From the NCBI GenBank assembly GCA_965223905.1, contig CBDCXV010000009.1:32001-96000 (forward strand): DNA of 64,000 nt. Reading direction: 5' to 3'. The stretch is from Candidatus Latescibacterota bacterium. Lineage in GTDB: Bacteria; Latescibacterota; UBA2968; UBA8231. Under the pieces are notes generated by a model. It had not been told where the DNA came from. It worked only from the letters and a program-made list of their open reading frames with translations, and searched no databases. Shown one piece after another: positions 10,984-21,530 of this stretch. The translations under genes and the position numbers were made by a program. Position 1 is the first letter of the stretch. Each line of letters starts with the position of its first letter.

Positions 10984-12629
10984 CTACCCGAAGTTGGCGA
11001 AGCCGTCCGGGGTCGCACCTCGACGACGGTGACTACCCCGGAATGAAGGGCGGTTTCGAGCGCCGCTCCCAGCTCGGCAAGCGAGCCTACCCGCAGGCCG
11101 CGGGCGCCGTAGGCTTCGGCCAGCCCGGGGAAGTCCGGGTTGCGCAGGTCGCTTGCGATGTAGCGTCCGTCACGGGCCTGTTGGTACTGGCGCAGCAGTC
11201 CCCAGGCGTTGTCGTTGAACAGCAGGATCACCGGATCGAGTCCGTACTGAACGCAGGTTCCCAGCTCCTGGATGTTGAACTGGAAGCCCCCGTCCCCGGT
11301 GATGCAGACGACCTGGCGGTCCGGGGCACCCGCCTTGGCCCCGGCCGCGGCAGGCAGCCCGAAACCCAGCCCTCCCCAGGCCGGCGTCATCCAGGTCCGC
11401 TGCCCGTAGGCGTCGAGACAGTAGTTGGCGCCGCGGTGGTTGCAGATGCCGACGTCGCCGGTGAAGATCGCGTCCCTCGCCGCGGCCCCGCGGATGGTCT
11501 CCATGATGCCGGTTTCGCACGGCATGGTCCGCCGCTTGAATGCCCTGATCTCGTCCCTGACCCGCTCGACCTCGGCGGCGAACCCGGGGTCGGGCCGCAG
11601 TGAAGGGCCGGCGACCGCGTCGTAGAGCTGCCGGAGCACGGTTCCCGCGTCGCCGACCAGCTTCACGGAGGTGTCGTACCACTTTCCCATCGGCTCGGGA
11701 TCGATGTCGAGGTGGATCAGGTTGGCCGGCTGCTCGAGCCCCTGCGATTTCACCCGGAACCAGGAGAGGCTCGAGCCGACGGCGAGGAGCGTGTCGAGGG
11801 AGTTGGCGAAAGTCTGCCGCGGATCCTCGTGGCCGCCCGGCGGGAAGTCGTACTCGCCGCCGTACATGCCCAGGCTCAGGGGATGGTCCTCGGGGATCGA
11901 CCCCTTGCCGTTGGCGGTGGTGAACACCGGGAGCCCCAGCCTCTCCACCAGGCGCCGCAACTCCTCCGCGGCGCCGGAGCGGTGAACGCCGGTGCCTGCC
12001 AGGACGCCGGCGCGTCCGCCGGACCGCAGCAGGGCAGCCGCATCTTCGACCAGGGCCGGGTCAGCCGCCGGAGCCGGAACCTTTGCCGCCTCGGGGATCT
12101 CGACTTCGGCCGTCTGCCCCTGGACGTCTACGGGGATCTGGATGGCGACCGGCCGCGGCCGCGCGCCTGAAAACAGCTCGAAGGCCTCGCTTACCCGCGC
12201 AGGCACTTCCTCGGGGCGGTTGACGTGAAAGGCGGTCCGGGTGACCGACCAGAGCATGCCGAGCTGGTCCCTGGTCTCGTGGATCGTGCCCAACCCGCGC
12301 TCGTAGAGCTCTTCCTCGGCAGTGCTCGTTACGCTCAGGACGGGGGAGGAGGCGAAGTAGGCTTCCCCCAGGCCGCCCATGGAGTTGGCGGCTCCCGGAC
12401 CGGTGCTGGTCAGGCAGACCCCAGGCTTCCCGCTCACCCGGGCGTACCCGTCCGCCATCATCGCCGCGGCGTGCTCGTGGCGGGCGCTTATGAAGCGGAT
12501 GTCGTGGCGGTAGTCGTAAAGGGCGTCGAAGATCTCCATGGTGTGGCTGGAGATGATCCCGAAGATCGTGTCGACCCCGTGGGCCCGCAGCGACTCGATC
12601 AGGGCCCGCGCCGCGGAAATCCTATTCAT
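10984..12629 (-). CDS. Thiamine pyrophosphate-binding enzyme (acetolactate synthase-like); probable frameshift near 11012, likely true C-terminus PDGFANFG*
   Basis: RHEHAAAMMADGYAR, TGPGAAN, GDGGFQFNIQEL..FND motifs. Confidence 0.85.
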
Positions 12630-13450
12630 TACAAGGTCCTTCGCCGCTCCCCTCGGGCCATACGGTCACCCGAGGTGAACGGGATGTCGGCGTTGATGAG
12701 CGGCCTCCCCCCGAGCGGGTGCGGAAGTTGTCTTCTCCTGGAGGTTGCTGAACAGGGAGGCCGGAGACAGTCTGATGTTCGGACATCTCGAGATCATGAA
12801 AGAGGAAGAAAACCGACCAGAACATATAGTCAGTCCGGAAAAACCGGAAAATGGAATCCATCCGGCAAGGATTTCGGCCATACTGAGCTGCGGCGCGATA
12901 TCGCCGTGGGTACCCGGGAAGCCGTGGGACTGGAAATCCCCTTCGGCATGTAATCGTCAAGACGCGTTCGCCGGCGGTATCCCAGCAGGTTCCGGAAGAC
13001 AGCGTCGTACGTGAAAAAGTTATAGAAACAACAATTGAGGAGAACTGTTAAAAAATCCCCATTTTTTCTGTTTGTCGGGTACTTGGAGAACAACAACAGT
13101 GAGGAATCAGATATCATTGCCCGCGGCGACCTGATTGCTTTTCGGCGCATGTAAAAATGTAAGAGTTGAATTTAAGCATAGGCAGGAAGACTCTTACTGA
13201 TGAACACCGGCGTTGCGCCGGCAGGACCAATTCCTCGCTACGGGCTCCTATTCGCAGCCGTGTTACACTGGATGTTGAGCAACCGACCTTCGAGATCTAC
13301 TTTAAAAACCTGCCTGCGGAAGGGCAAAATGGCGGGAAACTGCCATTTCACGATTAGGTCCTACATAATGGGGACTTTTCAAAAGGAGAAAAAATGCACC
13401 CTTCCACCCCCATCCTGAATCGGTGCCTGCAGTTTCTTCACCGAAAACTC

Positions 13451-14359
13451 ATGCTCCGGCTGATCCACCTTGTCACCGTCGCCCTCGTTGCTGCTCTTTT
13501 GCCCCAGGCCGCCGATGCGGGAGCCTGGACGCTTGGAAAGGGGAACCTGTGGAGCAAAGTCACCTTCCTGTCGCAGACGACCGACGAACACTACGACGGT
13601 GAGGGAAGTGCGGTTAAAATGCCCTTGGATGCCCGCTACCAGACCCGGCAGGTCTTTTTCGACATGTTTTACGGCGTCAAGGACGGGATCGATCTCGGCC
13701 TGCAGATCCCGTTGGTCCGCAACAAGTTCGTCGACAAGGACGACGGCAACGATGTGGCGACTCCGCCCCCGGCCCTGGAAACGGAATCCGGTCTGTCCGA
13801 CCTGCGCGGATACGCCAAGTTCAAGCTCCTGGACCAGTCCCAGCTCGTCGGCACGCTGAAACTGGGATTCAAGACCCCGATAGGCGAGTACCGCCCGGTG
13901 CCCGAGGCTCTATCAGTTACCGATGGTCAGTGGGACTTCGAGGTCGTCGGGCAGATCGGCCGCTCCTTCTGGCCCATCCCCGTGTACACCAACTTCGACC
14001 TCGGGTACCGGATGCGCGGTGAATACAAGGACACCGACGGCGTCGAGCCGGACCGCAGCTATACTCCCGGCCCCGAGCTTGTTTTCAACGCCGAGGCGGG
14101 CTACAGCCCGATGGACAGGCTCCTCGTCGCCCTCAAGTTCGAAGGCCTCTCCGGAGCGAAGTACGATGCCCTGAGCAACCCGGGAGAACCGGAGAAGCTC
14201 AGCCAGAGCGTCACCTACCTGGCGCCGACGGTGCTGGTCGATCTCAATCCCGACCTGAGTATCGAGGCCTCGGCGCGCATGACCGCCAGCGGCAACCGGT
14301 ATTTCGCCGGGCCGACCTGGACGGTCGGGCTTTCCTACACGGGAACCCTGGTGGAGTAG
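13451..14359 (+). CDS. Outer-membrane beta-barrel protein (MetA-pathway/phenol-degradation transporter-like)
   Basis: Signal peptide ending ADA-GAW; YGVKDGIDLGLQIP, GLSDL, LKLGFKTPIG, TDGQWD; alternating beta-strand C-terminus. Confidence 0.65.
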   Translation: MLRLIHLVTVALVAALLPQAADAGAWTLGKGNLWSKVTFLSQTTDEHYDGEGSAVKMPLDARYQTRQVFFDMFYGVKDGIDLGLQIPLVRNKFVDKDDGNDVATPPPALETESGLSDLRGYAKFKLLDQSQLVGTLKLGFKTPIGEYRPVPEALSVTDGQWDFEVVGQIGRSFWPIPVYTNFDLGYRMRGEYKDTDGVEPDRSYTPGPELVFNAEAGYSPMDRLLVALKFEGLSGAKYDALSNPGEPEKLSQSVTYLAPTVLVDLNPDLSIEASARMTASGNRYFAGPTWTVGLSYTGTLVE

Positions 14360-14824
14360 CTGCATCACCAGGGGAACTCCCCGTCCAATTCCATCAGATA
14401 CAGGTAGACATCTGCCAGCGCAGGGGAGGGGCTTTCCGGCTTCCTCCCCTGCCCCAGTTGGTCTGCACGCGCTTTTCGGCCCGGCGGTGCGGATCTGCTG
14501 GCTGAAATCGAACTCGAAGCTGCTGTTCGCCAGCAGGTTGTCTGGCATCGTCGGTCTCCGGTGGAATTGGGTTGGAGGGGGGCCGCGGTACCGGGAGAGG
14601 TCGCGGCCGGCCTGTGGGAGGAGGGCGTCCGAAGCGGCATGTTTTCGCCCCCCGGAGGTGCTCGGGCTCCGGCCCGTCAGGTAGCGCTGCGGGCCTGCGA
14701 TCCTGCTTGACCCTCTTTCGAGAGGGGGCGTATAATCAGGCCGCTTCCCCGAGTGATCACCGTGCCCCTGCAGCGGATTCGAGGGGCACGAATCCGTTCC
14801 ACGCAGAAGAAGAAGGCGAGACAA

Positions 14825-16033
14825 ATGGCAAAGCAGTTCAGCGTCCGCGCGGTGCGCTGCGACCACCGCGCCTCCGACGAAGAGGTATACCAGGCGCTCG
14901 CACGGGCGACCGCTCCGCTGGGGCGGTCCTGGGAAAAGTTGGAGAAGGCGGGGCGGATCGCCCTCAAGTTCAACATGATGCACACCGACGTCGAGCATTT
15001 CGAAGGGCGCCGCCGCGAGCTCGTCGACGATGCCGTCGCCCGCGCCGTGCTCAGGCTGCTGCGCGAGCGCACCTCCGCCGACCTGGTGGCCAGCGACACG
15101 CACGGGTACGACGCCGAGGGCAAGCGGACCGACGGCCTCAACTACCTGGAGCTGCTGCAGGAGTTCGGCGTCGAGTACGACGAGTCGACGCTGGCCCCGT
15201 TCGCCGAGTACCAGGTCCCGGGCGGCGGCTTCATGTTCGACCGCTACACCCTGAGCAGCTGCTGGCGGGATGCGGACGAAGCGGTGTCGGTCGCCAAGAT
15301 GAAGAACCACGGGTTCATGGGCGTGACCCTGTGCATGAAGAACCTGTTCGGGATCACCCCGACCATTCCCCCCGAAGGCCGCGTGCGCACCTACTTCCAC
15401 CACGCCATCCGGCTCTCCTACGTGCTCCCCGACCTGGCGCGCATCACCGATCCGGCGCTCAACATCGTCGACGCCACCACCGGCCAGTGGGGGTGCGAAT
15501 GGGGCGGCGAGGGCCGCGTCGGCAACGCCCTGGTCGCCGGGGACCAGATCGTCGCCACCGATGCCGTCGGCGCCCACCTGATGGGGCACGACCCGGCATC
15601 GGACTGGCCGACGCCCCCGTTCCGCCGCGACCGCAACCACCTGCTGGTAGCGGCCCAGGGTGGGTTCGGCACCGTCGACCTCGACGCCATCGACCTCGAG
15701 AGCGAGGTGGAGGCGCCGCTGAACGAGTTCGACTCCATCGAACAGGAATCCCCCGAGCGTATGGCCTCGGTGCGCAGCAGCGCCTGCGAGCAGGGCCTGT
15801 TCTACCGCGACCGCATGAAGGAGATGACGGACCGCTACGCCGGGGAGTTCATCTATTTGCAGGACGGCGAGGTCAAGTGGAACGGGCCGGACCCGGCCCA
15901 CATCGGCAGCCACCGCAGCTTCGCCGGCTCCAGGCCCGGCAGCGCCCTGTTCCTCAAGAAAGTCGATCGGGAAGAGCGCGAGGGAGAGCGGTTCGAGGTG
16001 TATGAAAACTGCCTGCGGCTGATGCGGGCCTGA
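14825..16033 (+). CDS. DUF362 domain protein
   Basis: IALKFN, SVAKMKNHGFMGVTLCMKNLFG, LNIVDA, VATDAVGAHLMG. Confidence 0.8.
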   Translation: MAKQFSVRAVRCDHRASDEEVYQALARATAPLGRSWEKLEKAGRIALKFNMMHTDVEHFEGRRRELVDDAVARAVLRLLRERTSADLVASDTHGYDAEGKRTDGLNYLELLQEFGVEYDESTLAPFAEYQVPGGGFMFDRYTLSSCWRDADEAVSVAKMKNHGFMGVTLCMKNLFGITPTIPPEGRVRTYFHHAIRLSYVLPDLARITDPALNIVDATTGQWGCEWGGEGRVGNALVAGDQIVATDAVGAHLMGHDPASDWPTPPFRRDRNHLLVAAQGGFGTVDLDAIDLESEVEAPLNEFDSIEQESPERMASVRSSACEQGLFYRDRMKEMTDRYAGEFIYLQDGEVKWNGPDPAHIGSHRSFAGSRPGSALFLKKVDREEREGERFEVYENCLRLMRA

Positions 16034-16053
16034 TCGCGGAAAGAGAGACACGG

Positions 16054-17037
16054 ATGTACATCGGGACCCAGTTTCACTGCCGCCACGACACCGACATCGA
16101 GATCCTCGCCCAGCTCGGGGTCAGGAACGTCGACCAGACGCCGACCGAACCCTGGGAGGAGTGGACGGCCGACACGCTCGTGCGGCTGCGCGAGCGCTTC
16201 GACAGGCACGGCATCAACCTCGAGATGATCCACATCCCCCTCGGTTCGGGCAGCGCCTTCGAGAACGAGGCGGGGGCGATCTTCCTGCCTCCCAGCGACG
16301 AGCGCGAGCGCCAGCTCGACAGGATGTGCGAGACCGTGCGCATGGCCTCGCAGGCGGGGATTCGCGGTCTCAACTACAACATCACCATCCTCGGCCATCT
16401 GCGGACCGAGTCGCGCTACGGGCGCGGCGGGGCGCGGCTGTCGTCGTGGGAGTACGACAAGCTCGACAAGTCGCTGCCGGAGTTCGAAGGGGGCGCCGCG
16501 GACGAGAACGAGATGTACGGGCGCGTCGAGTACTGGCTCGGACGCATCATCCCGGTGGCCGAGGAGTACGAGGTGCAGATGGCCTGTCATCCCTCGGACC
16601 CCGGCATCGGCGTCGGCAACACCTACCGCGGCGTGGCGCGGGTGATGGGGATGGTGGACGGCCTGAAGAAGCTGACCCAGCTCTACGACAGCCCCTACAA
16701 CGGCTTGAACTTCTGCCTCGGCTGCGTCGCCGAGAGCCTGGAGAACCCCGGCGAAGAGGTCTGCGACGTCATTCGCTGGTTCGGCGAGCGCAAGAAGATC
16801 TTCAACCTGCACTTCCGCAACATAAAGGGCGGGCTCGGCAACTTCGTCGAGGTCTTCCCCGACGAAGGGGACGTCGACATGCTCAAGGCCCTGCGCACCT
16901 TCAAGGAAGTGGAGTACGAGTACATGATCATGCCCGACCACGTACCCGGTATTTCGGGAGAGGAAGCGTCGCAGGTCGGTTTCGCCTACACCTACGGATA
17001 CATTCACGCCATGTTGCAGGCGATCAACGAGAACTGA
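16054..17037 (+). CDS. uxuA: Mannonate dehydratase (UxuA family)
   Basis: IPVAEEYEVQMACHPSDP, SPYNGLNFCLG, LHFRN, DEGDVDM, MPDHVP. Confidence 0.8.
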   Translation: MYIGTQFHCRHDTDIEILAQLGVRNVDQTPTEPWEEWTADTLVRLRERFDRHGINLEMIHIPLGSGSAFENEAGAIFLPPSDERERQLDRMCETVRMASQAGIRGLNYNITILGHLRTESRYGRGGARLSSWEYDKLDKSLPEFEGGAADENEMYGRVEYWLGRIIPVAEEYEVQMACHPSDPGIGVGNTYRGVARVMGMVDGLKKLTQLYDSPYNGLNFCLGCVAESLENPGEEVCDVIRWFGERKKIFNLHFRNIKGGLGNFVEVFPDEGDVDMLKALRTFKEVEYEYMIMPDHVPGISGEEASQVGFAYTYGYIHAMLQAINEN

Positions 17038-17069
17038 GGACGGACCGGCGCCGCCTCCGGGAGGAAAAA

Positions 17070-18140
17070 ATGAAAATCGGGAAGTTCATGATGCCGTTGC
17101 ATCCGCCGCAGAAGGACCGCACGGAGACCTTCGAAGAAGACACGGAGTGCGTGCTGTGGGCGGAGGAGCTCGGCTTCAGCGAGGCCTGGATCGGCCAGCA
17201 CCACACCGCCATGTGGGAGCCGATCCCGGCCAACGACCTGTTCATCGCCCACGTGCTGCCGCAGACCCGGACGATCCGCATGGGCACCGGGGTCACCATC
17301 ATGACCCAGCACCACCCGGTCAACGTCGCGGTGCGCCTCGCCTACCTCGACCACCTGTCGCGGGGCCGCATCAACGTCGGCTTCGGGCAGGGGGGCGTGC
17401 CGACGGACTGGGGGCTGTTCGACCTGCCGGATCCCCGCACGCAGGGGCTGATGAACCTCGAGGCGATGGACATCGTCATGAAGCTCTGGACCGAGGAGGG
17501 CCCCTTCGAGTTCAACGGGGATTTCTGGAAGGTCGCCTTGGGGGAGAGGGTTCCGGAGCTCGGCCTCGGAGAGGTGCTCAAGCCGTACCAGAAGCCGCAT
17601 CCGCCGATCGCCATGAGCATCGTCAAGGAGGAGTCGATGGCGGCGACCACTGGCGGCAAGCGCGGATTCCTGCCGATCAGCATCAACCTGGCGCCGCCGC
17701 ACAAGGTCAGGCGCCAGTGGGAGATGTACTGCGACGGTGCCGCCGAAGCCGGACGGCCCGAACCGGACCGCGCCGACTGGCGCGTCTCGCGCAGCATCTG
17801 CGTCGGCGAGACCGATGCCGAGGCCCGCGAGCACGCCCTGAGCGGGGCCTTCGGCGACTCGCTCGTATACCTTCGCGGCATGCTGGAGATCGCCAAAATG
17901 ATCGACCTGCCCAAGAAGGACTCCTCCATGTCCGATGCCGACGTCACCCGGGAGTACATCGTCGATGAAGTCGCCATCGTCGGCAGTCCCGACACGGTGA
18001 CCGCGCGCCTGCAGGAGCTGTACGAGGTCACCGGCGGATTCGGCACGGTGCTGATGATCGGCCACGACTGGGACGACAAGGAGAAGATGAAGCGGTCGAT
18101 GGAGCTGATGGCGAAGGAGGTCGTCCCCCGGCTTCCCTGA
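17070..18140 (+). CDS. LLM-class flavin-dependent oxidoreductase (luciferase-like)
   Basis: AEELGFSEAWIGQHH, LDHLSRGRINVGFG, KPYQKPHPPI; GGAGG RBS before ATG 17070. Confidence 0.9.
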   Translation: MKIGKFMMPLHPPQKDRTETFEEDTECVLWAEELGFSEAWIGQHHTAMWEPIPANDLFIAHVLPQTRTIRMGTGVTIMTQHHPVNVAVRLAYLDHLSRGRINVGFGQGGVPTDWGLFDLPDPRTQGLMNLEAMDIVMKLWTEEGPFEFNGDFWKVALGERVPELGLGEVLKPYQKPHPPIAMSIVKEESMAATTGGKRGFLPISINLAPPHKVRRQWEMYCDGAAEAGRPEPDRADWRVSRSICVGETDAEAREHALSGAFGDSLVYLRGMLEIAKMIDLPKKDSSMSDADVTREYIVDEVAIVGSPDTVTARLQELYEVTGGFGTVLMIGHDWDDKEKMKRSMELMAKEVVPRLP

Positions 18141-18186
18141 GGGCCGCCGGAGCCGCGGCGCTTCGGCGACAACGGAAGAAGCAGCG

Positions 18187-18939
18187 ATGAACCGGGAACT
18201 GCTGGACGCCGCCGACCACCTGCTGACCTACGGATACTGCATCCTCGAGGACCGCCTTCCCGAGGAGAAGACGCGGTCGATGGCCGCCGACTTCCTCGAG
18301 CTGCACGAAGACCCCCGCTACTCGGAATACAACACCGGCGAGAAGCCGTACGAAACCCTGTTCGGCATGCTCAACCACGACGACCGCGTCTGGGACTGCG
18401 CCTTTCACCCCGATACCGTCGCGGTTGCCCGCCACTTCCTCGGCCGCTGCCGCGTCGTCGAGGCCGCCAGCAAGCCGATCTGGCCCGGCTGCAAGGGTCA
18501 GTGGCCCCTGCACGTCGACTCGGCCGGCGATTTCCAGCAGGTGCCGGACGTGCCCTGGATGATCAACTCGATCTGGATGCTGACCGACTTCAGGGCAGCC
18601 AACGGCGCCACCCGGGTCGTGCCGATGAGCCATCGCTCGCGGCTGAAGAGCCCCCCGGCCGACCTCGAGGCCGGCGACCCGGTGATCCGCGACGTCACCG
18701 GCCGCTCCGGCTCGGTGATGATGTGGCACGGCGGCCTGTTTCACGGAGCCGGCGCCAACACCGGCGGGGATATCCGCGTCGGCCTCAACATCGCCTACTA
18801 CCCCCGCTGGATGAACAACTGGGTCGAGGGGGGACACCAGCCGCTCTGGCCCGAGACGTACGAGCGCATGCCCGAGGAGCACCGGGCCCTATGCGTCGGC
18901 AAGTTCGGGCGCCGGAGAGAGGAGGAGTACGAGTTGTGA
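18187..18939 (+). CDS. PhyH-family dioxygenase
   Basis: LHVD, LTDFRAANGATRVVPMSH, FHGAGAN. Confidence 0.88.
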   Translation: MNRELLDAADHLLTYGYCILEDRLPEEKTRSMAADFLELHEDPRYSEYNTGEKPYETLFGMLNHDDRVWDCAFHPDTVAVARHFLGRCRVVEAASKPIWPGCKGQWPLHVDSAGDFQQVPDVPWMINSIWMLTDFRAANGATRVVPMSHRSRLKSPPADLEAGDPVIRDVTGRSGSVMMWHGGLFHGAGANTGGDIRVGLNIAYYPRWMNNWVEGGHQPLWPETYERMPEEHRALCVGKFGRRREEEYEL

Positions 18940-19859
18940 TCGTCGACGCCCACAACCACATCTTCCCCGAGGTCGACGGGGTCATCCGCGGCGGCGCCAC
19001 GCGCGGGGCCGGCTACGGGAACATGACCGTGGGCGGGCGGCGGACCGTGCGCATGTTCCCCCCCTTCAACGAGCGCACCGAGTTCACCCCGGAGATGCTG
19101 ATCGCCAATCTCGACTGGGCGGGCGTCGACAAGGCGGTGCTGCAGCAGGGCACGATATACGGCGAGTGCAACCAGTTCGTCCTCGACGCCGTGCGCCGCT
19201 ACCCGGACCGCCTGCTCGGCGCCCTGCACGCCGATCCCTGGCGCCCGGAGTACCGGCGGGAGTTCGACCGCATGCTGGCGACCGGGGAGTTCTCGGCGGT
19301 GAAGATCGAGTTCTCGTACGAGGCCGGATTATCCGGCGTTCACCTGGGGGCCCGCCTCGACGACGACGGCATCTCCTGGCTCTGGACGGCGACGGAAAAG
19401 ACCGGCGTTCCCCTCGTTCTCGACCTCGGCACCGCAGGAGATCCCTCGTACCAGACCGACGCCGTGCGCGGAATTGCCGGGAGCCACCCTTTACTCAGGA
19501 TCGTCATCGCCCACCTCGGGCAGCCCCGCAAGCAGGCGGAGCAGGCCGACCCGCTGAAGTGGCGGATGTGGCAGGAGCAGATCGCCCTCGGCAGGCTGCC
19601 GAACGTCTGGTTCGACATGGCGTCGCTGCCGGACTGGGAGGAGGACTTCCCCTACCCGGCGGCGCAGCGGTTTTTCAGACTGGCGGTCGAGGCCATCGGG
19701 CCGCGGAAGATCATGTGGGGCACCGACCAGCCGGGGACCCTCAAGCACCAGAACTACCCGGCCTGGCTGCGGCTGGCGCAGCTGCACACCGCGTTCCTGT
19801 CGCCGGACGAGCGCGCCCTGGTGCTGGGCGGCACCGCCCGGCAGGTGTACGGCGCCTGA
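18936..19859 (+). CDS. Amidohydrolase_2 family metal-dependent hydrolase
   Basis: GTG overlapping upstream TGA; IVDAHNH, IVIAHLG, NVWFD, MWGTDQP. Confidence 0.85.
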   Translation: MIVDAHNHIFPEVDGVIRGGATRGAGYGNMTVGGRRTVRMFPPFNERTEFTPEMLIANLDWAGVDKAVLQQGTIYGECNQFVLDAVRRYPDRLLGALHADPWRPEYRREFDRMLATGEFSAVKIEFSYEAGLSGVHLGARLDDDGISWLWTATEKTGVPLVLDLGTAGDPSYQTDAVRGIAGSHPLLRIVIAHLGQPRKQAEQADPLKWRMWQEQIALGRLPNVWFDMASLPDWEEDFPYPAAQRFFRLAVEAIGPRKIMWGTDQPGTLKHQNYPAWLRLAQLHTAFLSPDERALVLGGTARQVYGA

Positions 19860-19863
19860 GGCG
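19819..19863 (+). repeat. Direct repeat copy 1 (3' end of amidohydrolase gene)
   Basis: TGGTGCTGGGCGG ... AGGTGTACGGCGCCTGAGGCG, repeated at 22359-22399. Confidence 0.8.
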
Positions 19864-19914
19864 GCAGATCGGCTGTTCAGGGTACTGAAGGGTACTGAAT
19901 AGAGGGGAACTCGG

Positions 19915-20133
19915 ATGAAAAAAGCCCTGTTGTTCAACGCCGCCTTGCTGTGGGTCTGTATCCTGTTCGTACAGGATAGCGGCGCCCAAGACGATAACCC
20001 ATTGAGTTTGCCCGACGGGGCTATCGCCCGCCTCGGCAAAGGACCCATCGATGGAGGCGACCGAGGCGTGGCCTATTCGCCCGATGGCACGCGGCTGGCG
20101 GTGGTCAGTAGCCTGGGTATCTGGCTCTACGAT
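19915..20133 (+). pseudogene. 5' part of a secreted WD40-repeat protein, interrupted
   Basis: Signal peptide + LPDGAIARLGKG..VAYSPDGTRLAVVSSLGIWLYD, then an abrupt switch to AT-rich sequence. Confidence 0.8.
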
Positions 20134-20149
20134 TTAGGTAAAGTGCGTC

Positions 20150-20392
20150 GCCAACCACGAGTATGTCATTCACAGCAACGGGGAGTATGTCAATGGCAAG
20201 GCGCACACCAATGGCCTTGAATCCTTCTGGTCGACTCTGAAACAGGCATATCACTTCATCTATAGACACAACATATCCAAAAAATATTTCCCTCTATATG
20301 TCAACGAGATGGTAGGGCGACATAATATCAGGGACAAGGATACCATGGAGAAAATGGAATGGCTCGCTTCCAGGTTGTTGGAAAAGAAATAG
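20150..20392 (+). mobile_element. IS1595-family (ISXO2-like) transposase C-terminal remnant
   Basis: Manual translation HEYVIHSNGEYVNGKAHTNGLESFWSTLKQAYHFIYRHNISKKYFPLYVNEMVGRHN; not in the ORF track. Confidence 0.8.
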
Positions 20393-20800
20393 ACAGGCTC
20401 GGAACAGCGAGCAGCCGGCGTCATCTTCCAAGTCGTGCAGATAGACACGCTCGATGAAGACGTAATTGACGTTGATGGAAGTTCTGAATCTCCTTCCATC
20501 TCCCAGCTAAACAGTGGGACGGAGGATGTCCATTACTCTGAATTTTCTATTATATGGTTATACCATATTTTTCTTAAATTCGCGGGATAATATCGGTCCC
20601 ATACAGGTTACTCTCACGACGGAGGCAGAAGGGTATCGGAAGACTATGGCATTACTGGATCAGTCTGCTGTAGATGATGCAAAGTCGCTCCCTGATCGAT
20701 GTAAGGAATCTTGGGGAAGATAACATCAAGGGGAGCTCTCCCCCTGAGGTGCAGACAATGCGTCTGCTCCTGTATGGCTTACCGACATGGAGAAGCTAAC

Positions 20801-21277
20801 ATGCCAAAAACAAAAACAGCTTGTCTAATAGCCCTCTTCCTCGCCGCTCCGCTACAGTCCAGCGAGTGGAGCTTAGGCTTGGATCTCCCATTGCATCAGG
20901 GCGGCCCGAGCTTATGGAGAACTGGAGAAAGGTGGGGGTTTGGCCTTACTCTTGGAGGACCTATTGTCAGCCTGGGAGGGTGCTGCTCAAAAGCCAAACT
21001 TTACTATGCCTCGGGATCCCTTACGATACAGAGGTTCAGGGGTAGAATGTTTTTCTTCGGGGAAGTAACAGGGAAGGGTCGAGGCCAGGATAGTCATTAT
21101 GATGATAAAGGGGTTCTCATTAGAATGAGAGCCGGAGCTGGCATTTCCAGAAGGTATAAGGATTTCGGAGTCCTTATATCCTACGGATTTGGATATGAAG
21201 GCTGGGATGGAGATGGCATATACGAGAGAGTAGGACTGGACGCTTACCCGAGAGTAGTTGCCTACTGGACCCTCTGA
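20801..21277 (+). CDS. Hypothetical secreted/small outer-membrane beta-barrel-like protein
   Basis: GGAG RBS, signal peptide, amphipathic beta strands, aromatic C-terminus (AYWTL); lower GC. Confidence 0.5.
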   Translation: MPKTKTACLIALFLAAPLQSSEWSLGLDLPLHQGGPSLWRTGERWGFGLTLGGPIVSLGGCCSKAKLYYASGSLTIQRFRGRMFFFGEVTGKGRGQDSHYDDKGVLIRMRAGAGISRRYKDFGVLISYGFGYEGWDGDGIYERVGLDAYPRVVAYWTL

Positions 21278-21530
21278 TGAATCCAAGGTTCTTGATCCTG
21301 TTCCTTCCCTTAATGCGCTCGTGGTATCCAGAGAAAAACTCACTGAGTTCGTCAGAACTGTCGAAAACAACCTCGCTGCTGGTCGGAAGATTACTATCAG
21401 TGTCGAATAGCTCCTCCTGCCATCCATCGCGCAACCTGTTACGTAGTATGTTCATAAGTCGTTGTCCCTTCGGGGACTTACACCGAATTCTATTTTTCCT
21501 TTATACTTTTGCGCAGTATTCGATATAAGC

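Noticed and set aside
13320-13352. GGCAAAATGGCGG-GAAA-CTGCCATTT hairpin resembling c-di-GMP-I riboswitch P2 or a sigma54 site
   Set aside because: No GACGCAAA/P1 elements follow, and GG-GC spacing is 9 rather than 10
21174-21455. 93-aa minus-strand ORF in the AT-rich insert
   Set aside because: Overlaps the better-supported 20801-21277 gene and has no recognisable motif
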